64,000 nt of DNA from a virus (Duplodnaviria; Caudoviricetes): IMG/VR virus record IMGVR_UViG_3300035512_000144, positions 1 through 64,000 of that record. One strand, given 5' to 3'. Positions 1-9,690 of the stretch are shown here, piece by piece. The position numbers and the translations under genes are program-made. Within the stretch, counting starts at the first letter, position 1. Each line of letters starts with the position of its first letter. The notes beneath the pieces are model-generated. The model was not told where the DNA came from. It searched no databases and was given only the letters and a program-made list of their open reading frames with translations.

Positions 1-102
1 GAAAATCAGTAAACAATCACATAATACCCGTTATTTTATTATATGCTTTACAAACTCAAAATTTCCCATATTTACGGCATTTTTGACATTATGCATATTT
101 TT

Positions 103-122
103 TTACTACACACTTACTACAC
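103..122. repeat. Tandem TTACTACAC x2, candidate integrase arm-type sites of att
   Basis: 9-mers at 103-111 and 114-122, just downstream of the integrase stop. Confidence 0.5.
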
Positions 123-135
123 GAATTTCGGCAAA

Positions 136-1278
136 TTATACAACTTTTAATGATTCTTCTACTTTTTCAATCTCGTTGATTTTTTCATCATCAGTTGTAT
201 GCACATACAGATTCATGGTAGTGCTTATTCCTGCATGACCCAATAAAGTTTGCAATGTTTTTGGTTTCATTCCTGCCTCTATACATCTTGTCGCAAACGT
301 ATGTCTAAGGGTGTGCATAGAAAAACCATTACATTCTATTCCTGCTTTTGTACAAATCCTTTTAATCGAGGCATCATACGTATCGTGTCTTATAGGCAGA
401 CCATTGTTTCCAATAAAAACATTGTCTTTAAACCTCATGTCTATAACTTTTGTATTTGTTTCTTTTGCATTTTGCTTTTGCAATATTCTCATTGCTTCGT
501 CAGTCAAATAAATCTCACGATCTCCGGAACTACTCTTTGTGGCTCCAACAATCCAGTCTTTTGATTTATCATCATAATTTGCACTTCTCTGCACATGGAG
601 CATTCTACGGTTGAAATCTATATCAGACCATTTTAACCCTGACAATTCCCCTACTCTTAATCCTGTTTGCAATATAAAGATAAACTGGTTGTAAAAATCC
701 ATATTCTCGCAAGTTTTAATGAATTTCTTTTGTTCATCAATGGTAAATGCACGTTTTACTTTTGCTTTTTTACCAGAACTGCATTTCACAGAACTTGTCA
801 CTGGATTTTTGAGAATTATGTCATTTTCAACCGCATCATCAAACATACTTTTCATGGTGCATCTCGCAAGCCGTATTGTGGAATTTCCATATTTTTCTGC
901 CATGTTTGTCAACACCTTTTGACAGTTCATCGGTTTTACATCCTGCATAAGCATTTTCCCGATCACAGGTTCTATGTTATATTCAAAACGGCTCTTAAAC
1001 ATTTTCATTGTGTTTTGCTTTGTTTTTCCTTCTTTAATATCAGAAATCCAGTATTCAAACCACGCTGTCACCGTCATATTGCTTGCTGCGGTTATCGTAA
1101 AGTGTTCGTCCTCATACTTTGCATCAATATACCATTTTTTACAATCCTGCAATTTCGGAAAATATCGCTGTACCACCTTCCCTGTTCTCCGGCTTGTAAA
1201 CCTTGCCGTGTATAATCCATCGGATTTCCGTTGACTGATTCCCTGCCCTAATTCTCTACCTTTTAAGTCTTTTCCCAT
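136..1278 (-). CDS. int: Tyrosine recombinase (phage integrase)
   Basis: TGLRVGEL, HTLRH and GH...TMNLYVH catalytic motifs. Start moved to MGKDLKG, which has an RBS (ORF track gives 1338). Confidence 0.95.
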   Translation of the reverse strand: MGKDLKGRELGQGISQRKSDGLYTARFTSRRTGKVVQRYFPKLQDCKKWYIDAKYEDEHFTITAASNMTVTAWFEYWISDIKEGKTKQNTMKMFKSRFEYNIEPVIGKMLMQDVKPMNCQKVLTNMAEKYGNSTIRLARCTMKSMFDDAVENDIILKNPVTSSVKCSSGKKAKVKRAFTIDEQKKFIKTCENMDFYNQFIFILQTGLRVGELSGLKWSDIDFNRRMLHVQRSANYDDKSKDWIVGATKSSSGDREIYLTDEAMRILQKQNAKETNTKVIDMRFKDNVFIGNNGLPIRHDTYDASIKRICTKAGIECNGFSMHTLRHTFATRCIEAGMKPKTLQTLLGHAGISTTMNLYVHTTDDEKINEIEKVEESLKVV

Positions 1279-1303
1279 CTTAAAATCTCCCTCTTTTTGT
1301 TGG

Positions 1304-1348
1304 AAAAAGCCTTGATATGAATACAAAAAATATATCATAAAAAGGCTT
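1304..1348 (-). terminator. Imperfect hairpin plus U-tract between xis and int
   Basis: AAGCCTT/AAGGCTT and TGATAT/ATATCA inverted repeats, followed by T5 on the minus strand. Confidence 0.45.
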
Positions 1349-1374
1349 ATAGTTCAATATATCATGTTATGTTT

Positions 1375-1788
1375 TCACACTTCGTCTACATCTGCAAGGT
1401 ACTTTTCAAACTCCTTGCGCTTGATGAGAGTCCGTCTGCCGACAAACAGTGTGAATGTACACGCCGGACTTTTCATCATTTCATAAATCTTGTTTATCCC
1501 TATCCCACTGTACTTTGATGCCTCGTCAGCTGTTAGGTTCAATTTTTCCCAAATAGGCACATCTTTATTCTGTTTTTCCATCTCCTTGCTCCTTTCCATT
1601 TTGTCTCTGATTTTTCTGATTTTCCGCGCCACCGTAGGAACAGAACAGTTTGTTGCTGTTGATATTTCCTCGTGACTCTTTTCGTTACGCAGAAATTCAA
1701 TAATTTTCAATTCCTCGTCCGAAAAATTACAAGTGTTTTTGAAAAATTCAAGTTCCGGCTTGCTCAACCTGTGGATTTTAGTCTGCAA
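1375..1788 (-). CDS. Double-HTH protein: LuxR/sigma4-like HTH fused to an excisionase-like HTH
   Basis: N-terminal SHEEIS..TNCSVPTVARKIRKIR; C-terminal LTADEASKYSGIGINKIY..GRRTLIKR; adjacent to int. Confidence 0.75.
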   Translation of the reverse strand: MQTKIHRLSKPELEFFKNTCNFSDEELKIIEFLRNEKSHEEISTATNCSVPTVARKIRKIRDKMERSKEMEKQNKDVPIWEKLNLTADEASKYSGIGINKIYEMMKSPACTFTLFVGRRTLIKRKEFEKYLADVDEV

Positions 1789-1800
1789 GCCTTTTCTCCT

Positions 1801-2406
1801 TTACTTTTTTAACCGACACACAGTTTCAAATGTCGCATATTCCTGTTCGCCATTCTTCACAAGCTCAATACAACGTTGCTCTGCGTCTCCCATATCGTAG
1901 TAAAACTCGTTTTTGTTTTCTTTTTTGTTGAACACCCGACTTACCCATTCAACTTCTACTTCTTTTTCCTGTTTCTTTTTAGCTTCGTAGGATTCAATTT
2001 TGGAAATGATTTCTTTTGTGGACATATTAGATGCTTTAAAATTCCTAAAACTGTAATCTTCACCAAAAGTTTCCGTACATATTGTTGTATTATAATAATT
2101 CTCAATAAACCAATTCAAAACTTCTTCCGCGCTCATATGCTCTGATTCCTCCGGTATTATTAGGTTGGAAAATTCTGTGAATTTATATGAATTTTTATTA
2201 CAAAAGCACGTGTCCGTATACGTAATAAATTCCGCTGTGAAGCAATAACATGTGTTCTTGCCATTTACTTTAAAATTCGTCTTCGAGTCTTCTGCAACAC
2301 CAGACCATCCAAAACCACATTCATACGCCCACTTAATAAGTTCTTTTGCCTCGTCTTCTGTGGAACAATGTACCACCATTCCATCCTCAATCTTCTTTAA
2401 TTTCAT
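1801..2406 (-). CDS. Hypothetical phage protein
   Basis: 201-aa ORF with RBS, in the operon. Confidence 0.6.
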   Translation of the reverse strand: MKLKKIEDGMVVHCSTEDEAKELIKWAYECGFGWSGVAEDSKTNFKVNGKNTCYCFTAEFITYTDTCFCNKNSYKFTEFSNLIIPEESEHMSAEEVLNWFIENYYNTTICTETFGEDYSFRNFKASNMSTKEIISKIESYEAKKKQEKEVEVEWVSRVFNKKENKNEFYYDMGDAEQRCIELVKNGEQEYATFETVCRLKK

Positions 2407-2418
2407 CTCATACCTCCG

Positions 2419-2634
2419 TCACATTCCTGTGTCTTGATGGCTTTCAATAGAAGTTCCAAACCATCTAACCTGCCTCAACGGAATATGTCTGTTTGTTCCA
2501 TTTTCAAGACGCATCCATAGCAGGTCACTGCCAAATCTAACTTCTGTTGCTCTAAAATCTTCTTTGTAACCGTCCCACCATCTAACAGTTACAATGTTTA
2601 TTTTTTTATCCATAATCTTTTCTCCCATTCTCAA
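2419..2634 (-). CDS. Hypothetical phage protein
   Basis: ORF packed in the operon. Confidence 0.5.
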   Translation of the reverse strand: MRMGEKIMDKKINIVTVRWWDGYKEDFRATEVRFGSDLLWMRLENGTNRHIPLRQVRWFGTSIESHQDTGM

Positions 2635-2636
2635 AA

Positions 2637-3287
2637 TTAAATTAACCCTAGTTTATCCGGTTTCTCACACCGCTCAAATTCAATCACCCATACCCACGGA
2701 TTAGCTTTCCAACCGTAGCGGTAAAGGTCGGATTTTTTGATGGTACTGTTCCACAGTGTCTTGAAGTCATCTATCAGTTTCTCATAATTTTCCATGACAG
2801 GCTGTAATTGTAATCCTTCGGCGCAGATATTATGGATGGTTTGCCGTGGATCTGCCACAACTATATCCTGCAACCGGGCGGCTCGCACATCCGTTACTTT
2901 GAGCCATATCCGGGCGGCTTTCTTCTGCATGTGGATTGATGGACGTTTCACCCAAACATGATTCCATTCATCTTCCGGCTTTCCGTCTGTTGCGACATAT
3001 CTAAATTCATTGTAAAAGACATACTTTGTTTCACTATCTACATCAAGAAAATGCCCTACTTTCTGCCATACTGTTTCTTTCACATAAAGGATATCTCCCG
3101 GATGATATGGTGGTTCGATTAACTTAGTTATCACATGCGCATCTGGTGTCTCTGGATGTGATTTTATATACGGACTGTTCAAGACATCTTCCGCTGTTTT
3201 TATAATCCTTCTAGTCACCGTCTTTCTACCGTCCAGTATCGCCCGGACCATCTCTGTATTGAATAATATTGGTAATGTCCTGCTCAT
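2637..3287 (-). CDS. ASCH-like phage protein
   Basis: PILFNTEMVRAILDGRKTVTRR ... PSIHM..AARIWL ... NPWVWVIEF. Confidence 0.65.
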   Translation of the reverse strand: MSRTLPILFNTEMVRAILDGRKTVTRRIIKTAEDVLNSPYIKSHPETPDAHVITKLIEPPYHPGDILYVKETVWQKVGHFLDVDSETKYVFYNEFRYVATDGKPEDEWNHVWVKRPSIHMQKKAARIWLKVTDVRAARLQDIVVADPRQTIHNICAEGLQLQPVMENYEKLIDDFKTLWNSTIKKSDLYRYGWKANPWVWVIEFERCEKPDKLGLI

Positions 3288-3427
3288 TTTTTACACCTCC
3301 GTATAGTACAGATACACTTGCCGGACAAGTTCATGCGTCAACGCCTCTTCAACCGATATCCCTCGCGTTTTTGCGTACTTGTCTACGTACTGTCTAAATT
3401 TTTTGTTATGCTTGTACTCATTCTGAA

Positions 3428-4015
3428 TCATATCCAATTCTTCTGTATTTCCTTTCTTGCCTCTTGCATTTTTTCACTGTGAGCCATTTCAAGCATCTGC
3501 CCGTAATGTTCCTCGCATACCTTGTATCCTGTCTTTATGGGTTTGTCGCAAAAATAACACAATCCTTGCTTATATCGTTCTCCCCTGTCAGGCTTTCCGT
3601 ACTTTGCCCGCATATAGCGGGTTTCTTTATCGCGGCAGATTCCGCATGAGACAAACCCGTAATCAGCTTTTCTTTTTCCGCAAATCGTACAAATTCCATT
3701 CTTCCTGCGCTCATTCCGTTCCTTGTAATGATATTCCCGCATTTTCTGATTGTACAGCGATTTATCCCTGTTTTTTATCGCGTTTTCTGCCTTATATGAC
3801 CTACATTCAGGACAGGCGTATTCCTCGCCACTAATCCTGTTTCTTCCGCACACAGGGCATATTCCATTTTCTCTTAAAATCCTCCGAGTTTCTGCCCTCT
3901 GCCTGCTCATTTTGTCTTTACATTCTTGGCAAAGTCTGTTGCCTTTCACTGGCTCATGCTTTCCGCAGCGCACACATAAACCCTGTTCAACCCTTCTCAT
4001 ATATGTTTCTGTCAT
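3428..4015 (-). CDS. Cys-rich multi zinc-ribbon protein
   Basis: GLCVRCG, CQEC, GICPVCG, CPEC, GICTICG, CGIC, GLCYFCD, CEEH. Confidence 0.65.
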   Translation of the reverse strand: MTETYMRRVEQGLCVRCGKHEPVKGNRLCQECKDKMSRQRAETRRILRENGICPVCGRNRISGEEYACPECRSYKAENAIKNRDKSLYNQKMREYHYKERNERRKNGICTICGKRKADYGFVSCGICRDKETRYMRAKYGKPDRGERYKQGLCYFCDKPIKTGYKVCEEHYGQMLEMAHSEKMQEARKEIQKNWI

Positions 4016-4168
4016 TCCATATCGGAGCTAACCATGATTTACGTGTACACAAATCTCCTTGCTCCTTTCTGTGATACCTCTGTGGCGTCCCACAAGGCGT
4101 TAAATTTTGATTTTATTCGACTTTTTGACAATTCCCTCATTTGTATATTTCAAACGCCTTAAATCGCA

Positions 4169-4414
4169 TTATTCGCGTTTCTTAGCGTCTTTCATTCTTC
4201 GGTATTCGTTTTCGTGCGCCTCAATCAGCGCGGTTGCAATCTGCCTTGCCGCAAGCACATCCTTGTGTTTTTCCAAAAAATCATTTGTGTCGGCGATTAG
4301 CTGTGACCAGTATTCGTCTGCATCTTCTGTCAAAAAATACTTTTGGTGCAAGACCCACAAGTCATTCAGCATCACCCAATCTGGACTTCCTTTCTCGATT
4401 TTTTTACTTGACAC
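4169..4414 (-). CDS. Hypothetical protein (GTG start after GGAGGTGAG)
   Basis: RBS position; the ORF-track extension to 4489 overlaps the methylase C-terminus. Confidence 0.5.
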   Translation of the reverse strand: MSSKKIEKGSPDWVMLNDLWVLHQKYFLTEDADEYWSQLIADTNDFLEKHKDVLAARQIATALIEAHENEYRRMKDAKKRE

Positions 4415-5163
4415 TATGCACCTCACCTCCCCATTGTTCAGCCATAGCCTGTGCAATCCCTTGAAATGTTTTACTCCGATATTTTGCACTTTTTTCTTTT
4501 CTAATCACCTCTCCACTGGCTGCTTGCTTTTTCCAAATTTCAGAATTACCGCAAATGTACCCCCCCTATCGGTTTCACAACATTCGTAGGCACAAGAGGT
4601 TTAAGCCCTTTAAGCCATAAATACGTTTTCTTTGTGTATGGGTGTCCGTATTCATACGGTTGAATTATTTGCGTCTTTTTAGGCAGCCTATAAATAGCAG
4701 ACGGCACTGGGTTTTCTACAGCTATTTTTCCACAATCGGCATTTATAAATTTTAAGAAAAATTCTTTAGCATCAAGTCCTTTTTCAAGCCTTTCGCGTTC
4801 AAGATATGTTTTTCCGTCAAATATCTTGTACAGTCTGCAAGCACCTGCATTTGAAAGATATGTACAAGGCGGGTGTGCAATAATCAAATCCCACTTTCCG
4901 TCAATTCTATGTTCTAATCCGTCTACTGTCTGAAAAGTACAATCACCATTCAATAATGGCAATACATCTGTCTGTATATGCCATTCTTCGTGACCTCCAC
5001 TACAAGGTTCAATGTCACAAGAATATGCTTCATGCCCTAATTTTCTAAATTCTGTGCAAACTCTTTGACTTTCCTCGCAAGCAACTAATACTTTCATTGC
5101 AGACAGATTTTCTTTAGATTTTTCATTTTCCAAACAGTCAAAGATGCTTAACTGCACATTCAT
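4404..5163 (-). pseudogene. C5 cytosine DNA methyltransferase frameshifted in a G7 tract
   Basis: VLVACEESQ, IAHPPCTY and AVENP motifs. The typical C-terminus RSKTFQGIAQAMAEQWG lies in another frame after G7 at 4560-4566. Confidence 0.85.
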
Positions 5164-5300
5164 GTTGCACCGCCTCCCTTTCTCTTGGCTCAAAATCACT
5201 GTTCTAATGCGCCTATTTTGTCCAAATTCGCGTTTTAAACTATTCAGCCTATAAATATGCCATAACGTATTAAAAATCGAAATTTGAGCGTTTTAACGTG

Positions 5301-5501
5301 TCAACAATCAACGCTCTGTTTTACTTTCCAACCAAAACTCTGATTGTAGCCGTTGTCCTTTAGCAGACTGCGTATCTCTTTAATGCGCTTTCCTAATTCC
5401 CTCTGCGACATTCCCGGAAGGATCACTATCGGGATGCCGTCCTCAATCGCCACGGTGTAACCATGACTTTTCAGAAGTTCAACCACATGTTCTTTTTTCA
5501 T
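5301..5501 (-). CDS. Hypothetical protein
   Basis: 66-aa ORF with GAGGTG RBS. Confidence 0.5.
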   Translation of the reverse strand: MKKEHVVELLKSHGYTVAIEDGIPIVILPGMSQRELGKRIKEIRSLLKDNGYNQSFGWKVKQSVDC

Positions 5502-5513
5502 CTTTCACCTCCA

Positions 5514-7337
5514 TCAACCAAACGGAGAGTCTACCGCAAGCGGTATAAATCCGTCACTGTCACTGTTCCAGCCATAGTCAACATTTACATCATCCCCATA
5601 GCCATAAATACGTTTTGATTTCTTGTCGTAGTTTACAATAAATCCCTTTTTTTCCACTTTTCCAAATAATCTGTTTTTTGAAACTATCAACCTTCGTTGG
5701 TCTTCATCAATCAAATCGTCACGGTTATATGACATTGTGATAGTGGCTAGGTTTGGAATATCACTTGAACCGCTGGTCTCGTCATCTTCGTTTGTGGAAA
5801 AATTGTTCTTCCGTTTATGTGCGACCAGTAGAATCAATGCGTTATGTCGTAGTGCCATCTTTGACAAGTCTTTCATAAACTCACTTTGTTTTTCGTACTT
5901 GTCACTTCCACTGACCGATTCAAGCCCGATTGCAGTCATGAGGTTGTCCAGTAGAATGACTTGAACTCCGTATTGCATAATCATGTTCTCTGTCAGCTTA
6001 ATAAGGCTTACTTCTTCCGTTTCATCATCCGCTATTGCAGAATTGTCATACAAGTAACATTTTCCGCGATACCACGCCCTAATCAGCTCCTTGTTGGATT
6101 CTGATACATTGTATTGCGTATCTCCCCATTTATTCTGATACTCGATTATGTGTCGACCTCCTGCAACCTGAAAATCCAACCATGCCTTAAACAGATAGTT
6201 TGGCAATTCTCCTGAATAAGCAAAGCATATGTACCCTTGAGAGATTGCATTTACAAGTATTTGACTTGCAAATGTGGATTTCCCGGACCCGCTCTTTGCG
6301 CTGATAACCACAACTCCACCAAATGGAAGTCCACCGTATAGCAGTTTATCCACTTGCTTTATACCAGTTTGCAATTTTTTTATTTTAAAAATATCCACAT
6401 CCTCAACATCCGCAAGGTCAATTACTTGTTTCATTGGAACTAATATGGCATTCTCAACGCATTTCCTTACTTGTTCTTTTCCGTACTTCTGCAAAATCTC
6501 ATTCGCATCCTTGCAATCCTTGTAATCATCCTCACGTACGTGCTTGACTTTTGTTTTCAGCCGTTTCGACAATTCATCCAGCAGGGTGATATGTCCATTT
6601 TCGTGGTCTCCAAAAACAATGACCTCTTCAAATTTGTTTATCCAGTTCCAACAATACGGAACCCACGTAAAACCATTTGCACCAGTCGGAACAGACACGG
6701 CGTTGCTAATTCCTGCCGTTGAAACAGAAAGTGAATCAATCTGACCTTCACACGTGATGAGCCTTGTAAAGTCCTTGCACTGTTTCATTCCGAACAGGAT
6801 AGGCTTGCAGTCTTTTTCGCACCACTCCTTGTTTTTGTCTCTCTCCTTGTCAAAATCTGTCTTGCGGTATTTCACAAATTGCAGCTTTCCTTTTTCGTCA
6901 TAGAACGGAAACACCAGTATGTTGTCATTCCCTGTTTGAGTCGTAATCTCATATTCTTCTGCGACCTCTTTGGATATACCACGGCTTTCCATGTATTTCA
7001 CAGCCGGGCTTTTCGGTACAATAGGCTTTTCCGGTGTTTTCAAAGTCCGATAGTATTTCCGAGGCTTATAGTATTCGTCAACTTGCGTTCCGAGAGAAAA
7101 ATCAAAGTCCTTTGAGAGTGTAACCATGTTACCGGTCACTCCGCAGGAAGAACGCAAGCACTTAAACTGTCCGGTCTTTAGGTTGATTGAAAACGTGTTC
7201 TTGTCTTTCTTGGTATTCGTACCACCTCGGCAATACGGACACAAATCAAAGTTCAATTCATCTCCATGCTGCCTAGCCTGCATCATTACATGCCGCGAAA
7301 AATCATATGCGTCTGATTCCTTAAATTCGTACATCAC
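5514..7337 (-). CDS. Primase-helicase (Zn finger + Toprim + DnaB-like ATPase; T7 gp4/Twinkle type)
   Basis: CPYC..CLRSSC; TCEGQIDSLS and FGDHENG Toprim; AKSGSGKS Walker A; ILLDNL; LVAH. Confidence 0.9.
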   Translation of the reverse strand: MMYEFKESDAYDFSRHVMMQARQHGDELNFDLCPYCRGGTNTKKDKNTFSINLKTGQFKCLRSSCGVTGNMVTLSKDFDFSLGTQVDEYYKPRKYYRTLKTPEKPIVPKSPAVKYMESRGISKEVAEEYEITTQTGNDNILVFPFYDEKGKLQFVKYRKTDFDKERDKNKEWCEKDCKPILFGMKQCKDFTRLITCEGQIDSLSVSTAGISNAVSVPTGANGFTWVPYCWNWINKFEEVIVFGDHENGHITLLDELSKRLKTKVKHVREDDYKDCKDANEILQKYGKEQVRKCVENAILVPMKQVIDLADVEDVDIFKIKKLQTGIKQVDKLLYGGLPFGGVVVISAKSGSGKSTFASQILVNAISQGYICFAYSGELPNYLFKAWLDFQVAGGRHIIEYQNKWGDTQYNVSESNKELIRAWYRGKCYLYDNSAIADDETEEVSLIKLTENMIMQYGVQVILLDNLMTAIGLESVSGSDKYEKQSEFMKDLSKMALRHNALILLVAHKRKNNFSTNEDDETSGSSDIPNLATITMSYNRDDLIDEDQRRLIVSKNRLFGKVEKKGFIVNYDKKSKRIYGYGDDVNVDYGWNSDSDGFIPLAVDSPFG

Positions 7338-8230
7338 ACATCTACCCCATATTCACTTAGTTTTTTCCGTTCATCTTCCGTCATTTCGGAATATACCAAA
7401 ACATCCTCGTCAATAATCGCTCCTTTCGCTTTCAGCATTTCAACAAACTCTTCCGGAACGTTTGCAAATCTTCCGGTCTTTTCTTCATCATGTTTCTTCG
7501 GAGTATTTCGTTTTAGATTTCCTCTTTTCTCCCATGTGACGATTGCAGACTTCCATGATTTCATTTTATTCTTTCCAACCATCCATCCGTTACTTTCATA
7601 GAATGCCACAAATGACTCAGCATCTACTTGGCTCCCGACTGATTCACAGTATTCTCTGACTTCATCAACCGTAGGAGTAAGAAATACGATTTTCTTTTTG
7701 GTAGAAGATTTATCTTCTACTTTTTCTTTCTCTCTTTCTTTTACTTCTTCTCTTTCTTTATCATTCTTTATATTCTTATATTCTTGTTTGTGTTCCGTCA
7801 GTGTCCTCGTTGGTGTCCTTTCTGTTGTTCCGTCAGTGTCCTCGTTGGTGTCCTTTTCACTGTGTCCATTAGTGTCCTCGTCACTGTCCTGCGAATACTG
7901 GTAAATGTCATAATTTACAATGGTTAGAAGCGTTCTATCCTTGTTGCTTTCTCGTTGCAACATATTGTCTTGTTCTAGTATTTTTAAAAACCGATACGTT
8001 CTGTTTTTACTCCACTTCCATTTTTCCGATAATTTCCGTATACTGGTCATAATTTGACCTCTATGGATAATGATTAGTTCGCCATTGTTCATCAATTTCT
8101 TTTCAGAATGGTTAGCGGTTAATAGCAAATCAACCCATGCGCTACGTTCATCAAATGGCTTGTCGATTTCCCATATCCAACATGATTGCAGCTTTCTATG
8201 TAGTTTTATCCAACCGTTCACATTTATCAC
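7334..8230 (-). CDS. Phage replication initiator (replisome organiser)
   Basis: GWIKLHRKL N-terminus; TIVNYDIYQ; C-terminal PTVDEVREYC..FVAFYESNGWMVGKNKMKSWK; internal iterons. Confidence 0.85.
   Translation of the reverse strand: MINVNGWIKLHRKLQSCWIWEIDKPFDERSAWVDLLLTANHSEKKLMNNGELIIIHRGQIMTSIRKLSEKWKWSKNRTYRFLKILEQDNMLQRESNKDRTLLTIVNYDIYQYSQDSDEDTNGHSEKDTNEDTDGTTERTPTRTLTEHKQEYKNIKNDKEREEVKEREKEKVEDKSSTKKKIVFLTPTVDEVREYCESVGSQVDAESFVAFYESNGWMVGKNKMKSWKSAIVTWEKRGNLKRNTPKKHDEEKTGRFANVPEEFVEMLKAKGAIIDEDVLVYSEMTEDERKKLSEYGVDV
7792..7881. repeat. Iterons of the phage origin inside the initiator gene
   Basis: 30-bp GTTCCGTCAGTGTCCTCGTTGGTGTCCTTT at 7792-7821 and 7827-7856, partial copy at 7871-7881, next to an AT-rich tract. 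Confidence 0.75.
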
Positions 8231-8255
8231 CCCATTTCAAGTTCCGCGAATACCC

Positions 8256-8633
8256 CTATTTTCTGCGCAAAAAATTACATATCATTCTCCAGTCGTTTTT
8301 AGGCTCCAAATAATCCTCCGACTCATATAGAATTGCTCTTATTCCGTCTAATGTTTTGGCGTATTGCATTTCTAACGCAGCACCTTTTGAATCTTCCCAA
8401 CCGTCCAACATATAAATTGCATCGCACATGGATAGCATCACAAGCGACATTTTCATGTACTGCTCATATGTTGTGTCCTCCGGCAACTGAAAATTAACCT
8501 TGGCAGGATTTACAACAGAATATCCGCGCTCTGTCAGTTTCTTTTCTGCCATGCCAAACCGTTCCATGTAATCATCTGTTCCGGTTATTGCTCCAGATAT
8601 GTAGATTTTTGGCTTTTTCTTTGCTTCTTGCAT
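8256..8633 (-). CDS. DUF4406-like (nucleoside deoxyribosyltransferase-like) protein
   Basis: KIYISGAITG..F..AE..VVNPA..CDAIYMLDGWEDSKGA.LE. Confidence 0.75.
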   Translation of the reverse strand: MQEAKKKPKIYISGAITGTDDYMERFGMAEKKLTERGYSVVNPAKVNFQLPEDTTYEQYMKMSLVMLSMCDAIYMLDGWEDSKGAALEMQYAKTLDGIRAILYESEDYLEPKNDWRMICNFLRRK

Positions 8634-8638
8634 TGGCT

Positions 8639-8899
8639 TTAGTCCTCGTCTTTCCAGTTCAATCTCTGTCCGCAATTTGGGCAGTAATTAAATTTTTCTG
8701 CATAATCAAAAAAATCATTGCAATTAGGGCATAAATAAGTTTCTATATACTTTTGTTTTATAAAAATCAATTTTTTCGGTATCTGCTTTTCCAACGCATT
8801 AACAGCCTCATCAAACGCCGCCGCATAATCAATCGGATATTCCCATTCAACTTCTGCCTGCGCGATTTTGATTGTTTTGATTGCCTCTTGTGGTGTCAT
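8639..8899 (-). CDS. Hypothetical zinc-ribbon protein
   Basis: ALEKQIPKK; CPNC..NYCPNCGQRL. Confidence 0.6.
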   Translation of the reverse strand: MTPQEAIKTIKIAQAEVEWEYPIDYAAAFDEAVNALEKQIPKKLIFIKQKYIETYLCPNCNDFFDYAEKFNYCPNCGQRLNWKDED

Positions 8900-8916
8900 T
8901 CAATTCCACCTCGCTT

Positions 8917-9192
8917 TTATGGCAATGTTTTTTCTAACATTCCTGCTTCAATCAAATCATATATTATGTCTAAATACGTTCTCTTATCTTTGTATCTGCA
9001 ATTTGCGTCTTTGTGTATTCTTGGGTCGTCATCTTTCCACTCATTCACATCAAAAATTACCGGACTTACAAAAATCATTTTGCAGCCCCTTGCAACGCAT
9101 AGGTAGTAACATCTAAGTTCTTTTGATATTCCCTTGCAACGCTTAAAACCAAACTTTTCAAATTCTTCTACGTCAACTTTTGGTCTTAACAT
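8917..9192 (-). CDS. Hypothetical phage protein
   Basis: 91-aa ORF with RBS. Confidence 0.55.
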   Translation of the reverse strand: MLRPKVDVEEFEKFGFKRCKGISKELRCYYLCVARGCKMIFVSPVIFDVNEWKDDDPRIHKDANCRYKDKRTYLDIIYDLIEAGMLEKTLP

Positions 9193-9311
9193 ATTTTATC
9201 CCACCTCGTTCCTTTCTAATTTCTCCAAATTTCTATTTTTGTTATTTGACGATAATTTACTCACCGAACAAATAAAAATTGAATTTTGACACATCTGCGC
9301 AAGTCAAAAGG

Positions 9312-9506
9312 CTATTCTATGACTTCACATTCTTCCAACAGGCACTCCGCGCACAATTCCTGCGAACCGTATATGTACAGCTTGTCCGTTTCCGCGCCGC
9401 ACTTGTCGCAGAGAAGTACACGGACATGACGCAGACAGCAACTATCTCCTTTGCATGGATATGATTCTGTCGCGCAGTCACAGCATAAATTTTCTTGTCT
9501 TACCAT
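9312..9506 (-). CDS. Small Cys-rich protein
   Basis: Several CxxC motifs. Confidence 0.5.
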   Translation of the reverse strand: MVRQENLCCDCATESYPCKGDSCCLRHVRVLLCDKCGAETDKLYIYGSQELCAECLLEECEVIE

Positions 9507-9690
9507 TGTCGCACCGCCTGTTCCACCGATTTACAACGTCAAGTGATACTTTGTTGCCAACGTGCATTGTTATTTCCGCGCCGCAATATTCGCAACGTAC
9601 ATAGTCTGTTCCGGCAAGTGTACCTGTGTATGTTCCAAAATCTAAATCTAATGAACCGCAAAACGGACAGGATTTTAATGTTACACTCAT
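9478..9690 (-). CDS. Lar-family restriction-alleviation-like protein
   Basis: LKSCPFCG ... CEYCGA ... WNRR. Confidence 0.65.
   Translation of the reverse strand: MSVTLKSCPFCGSLDLDFGTYTGTLAGTDYVRCEYCGAEITMHVGNKVSLDVVNRWNRRCDNGKTRKFML

Noticed and set aside
4412-4423. 12-nt match (CACTATGCACCT) to spacer 20742-20766, positions 2-13, over the RBS/start of ORF 4169-4414
   Set aside because: About 128,000/4^12 = 0.008 hits per 12-mer across more than 100 spacer 12-mers gives roughly one chance hit. It is worth rechecking once a PAM is known, but it is not evidence of self-targeting.
7792-7881. 30-bp direct repeats as a CRISPR or novel element
   Set aside because: Only a 5-nt gap, inside the initiator gene next to an AT-rich tract; these are ordinary lambdoid-type iterons.
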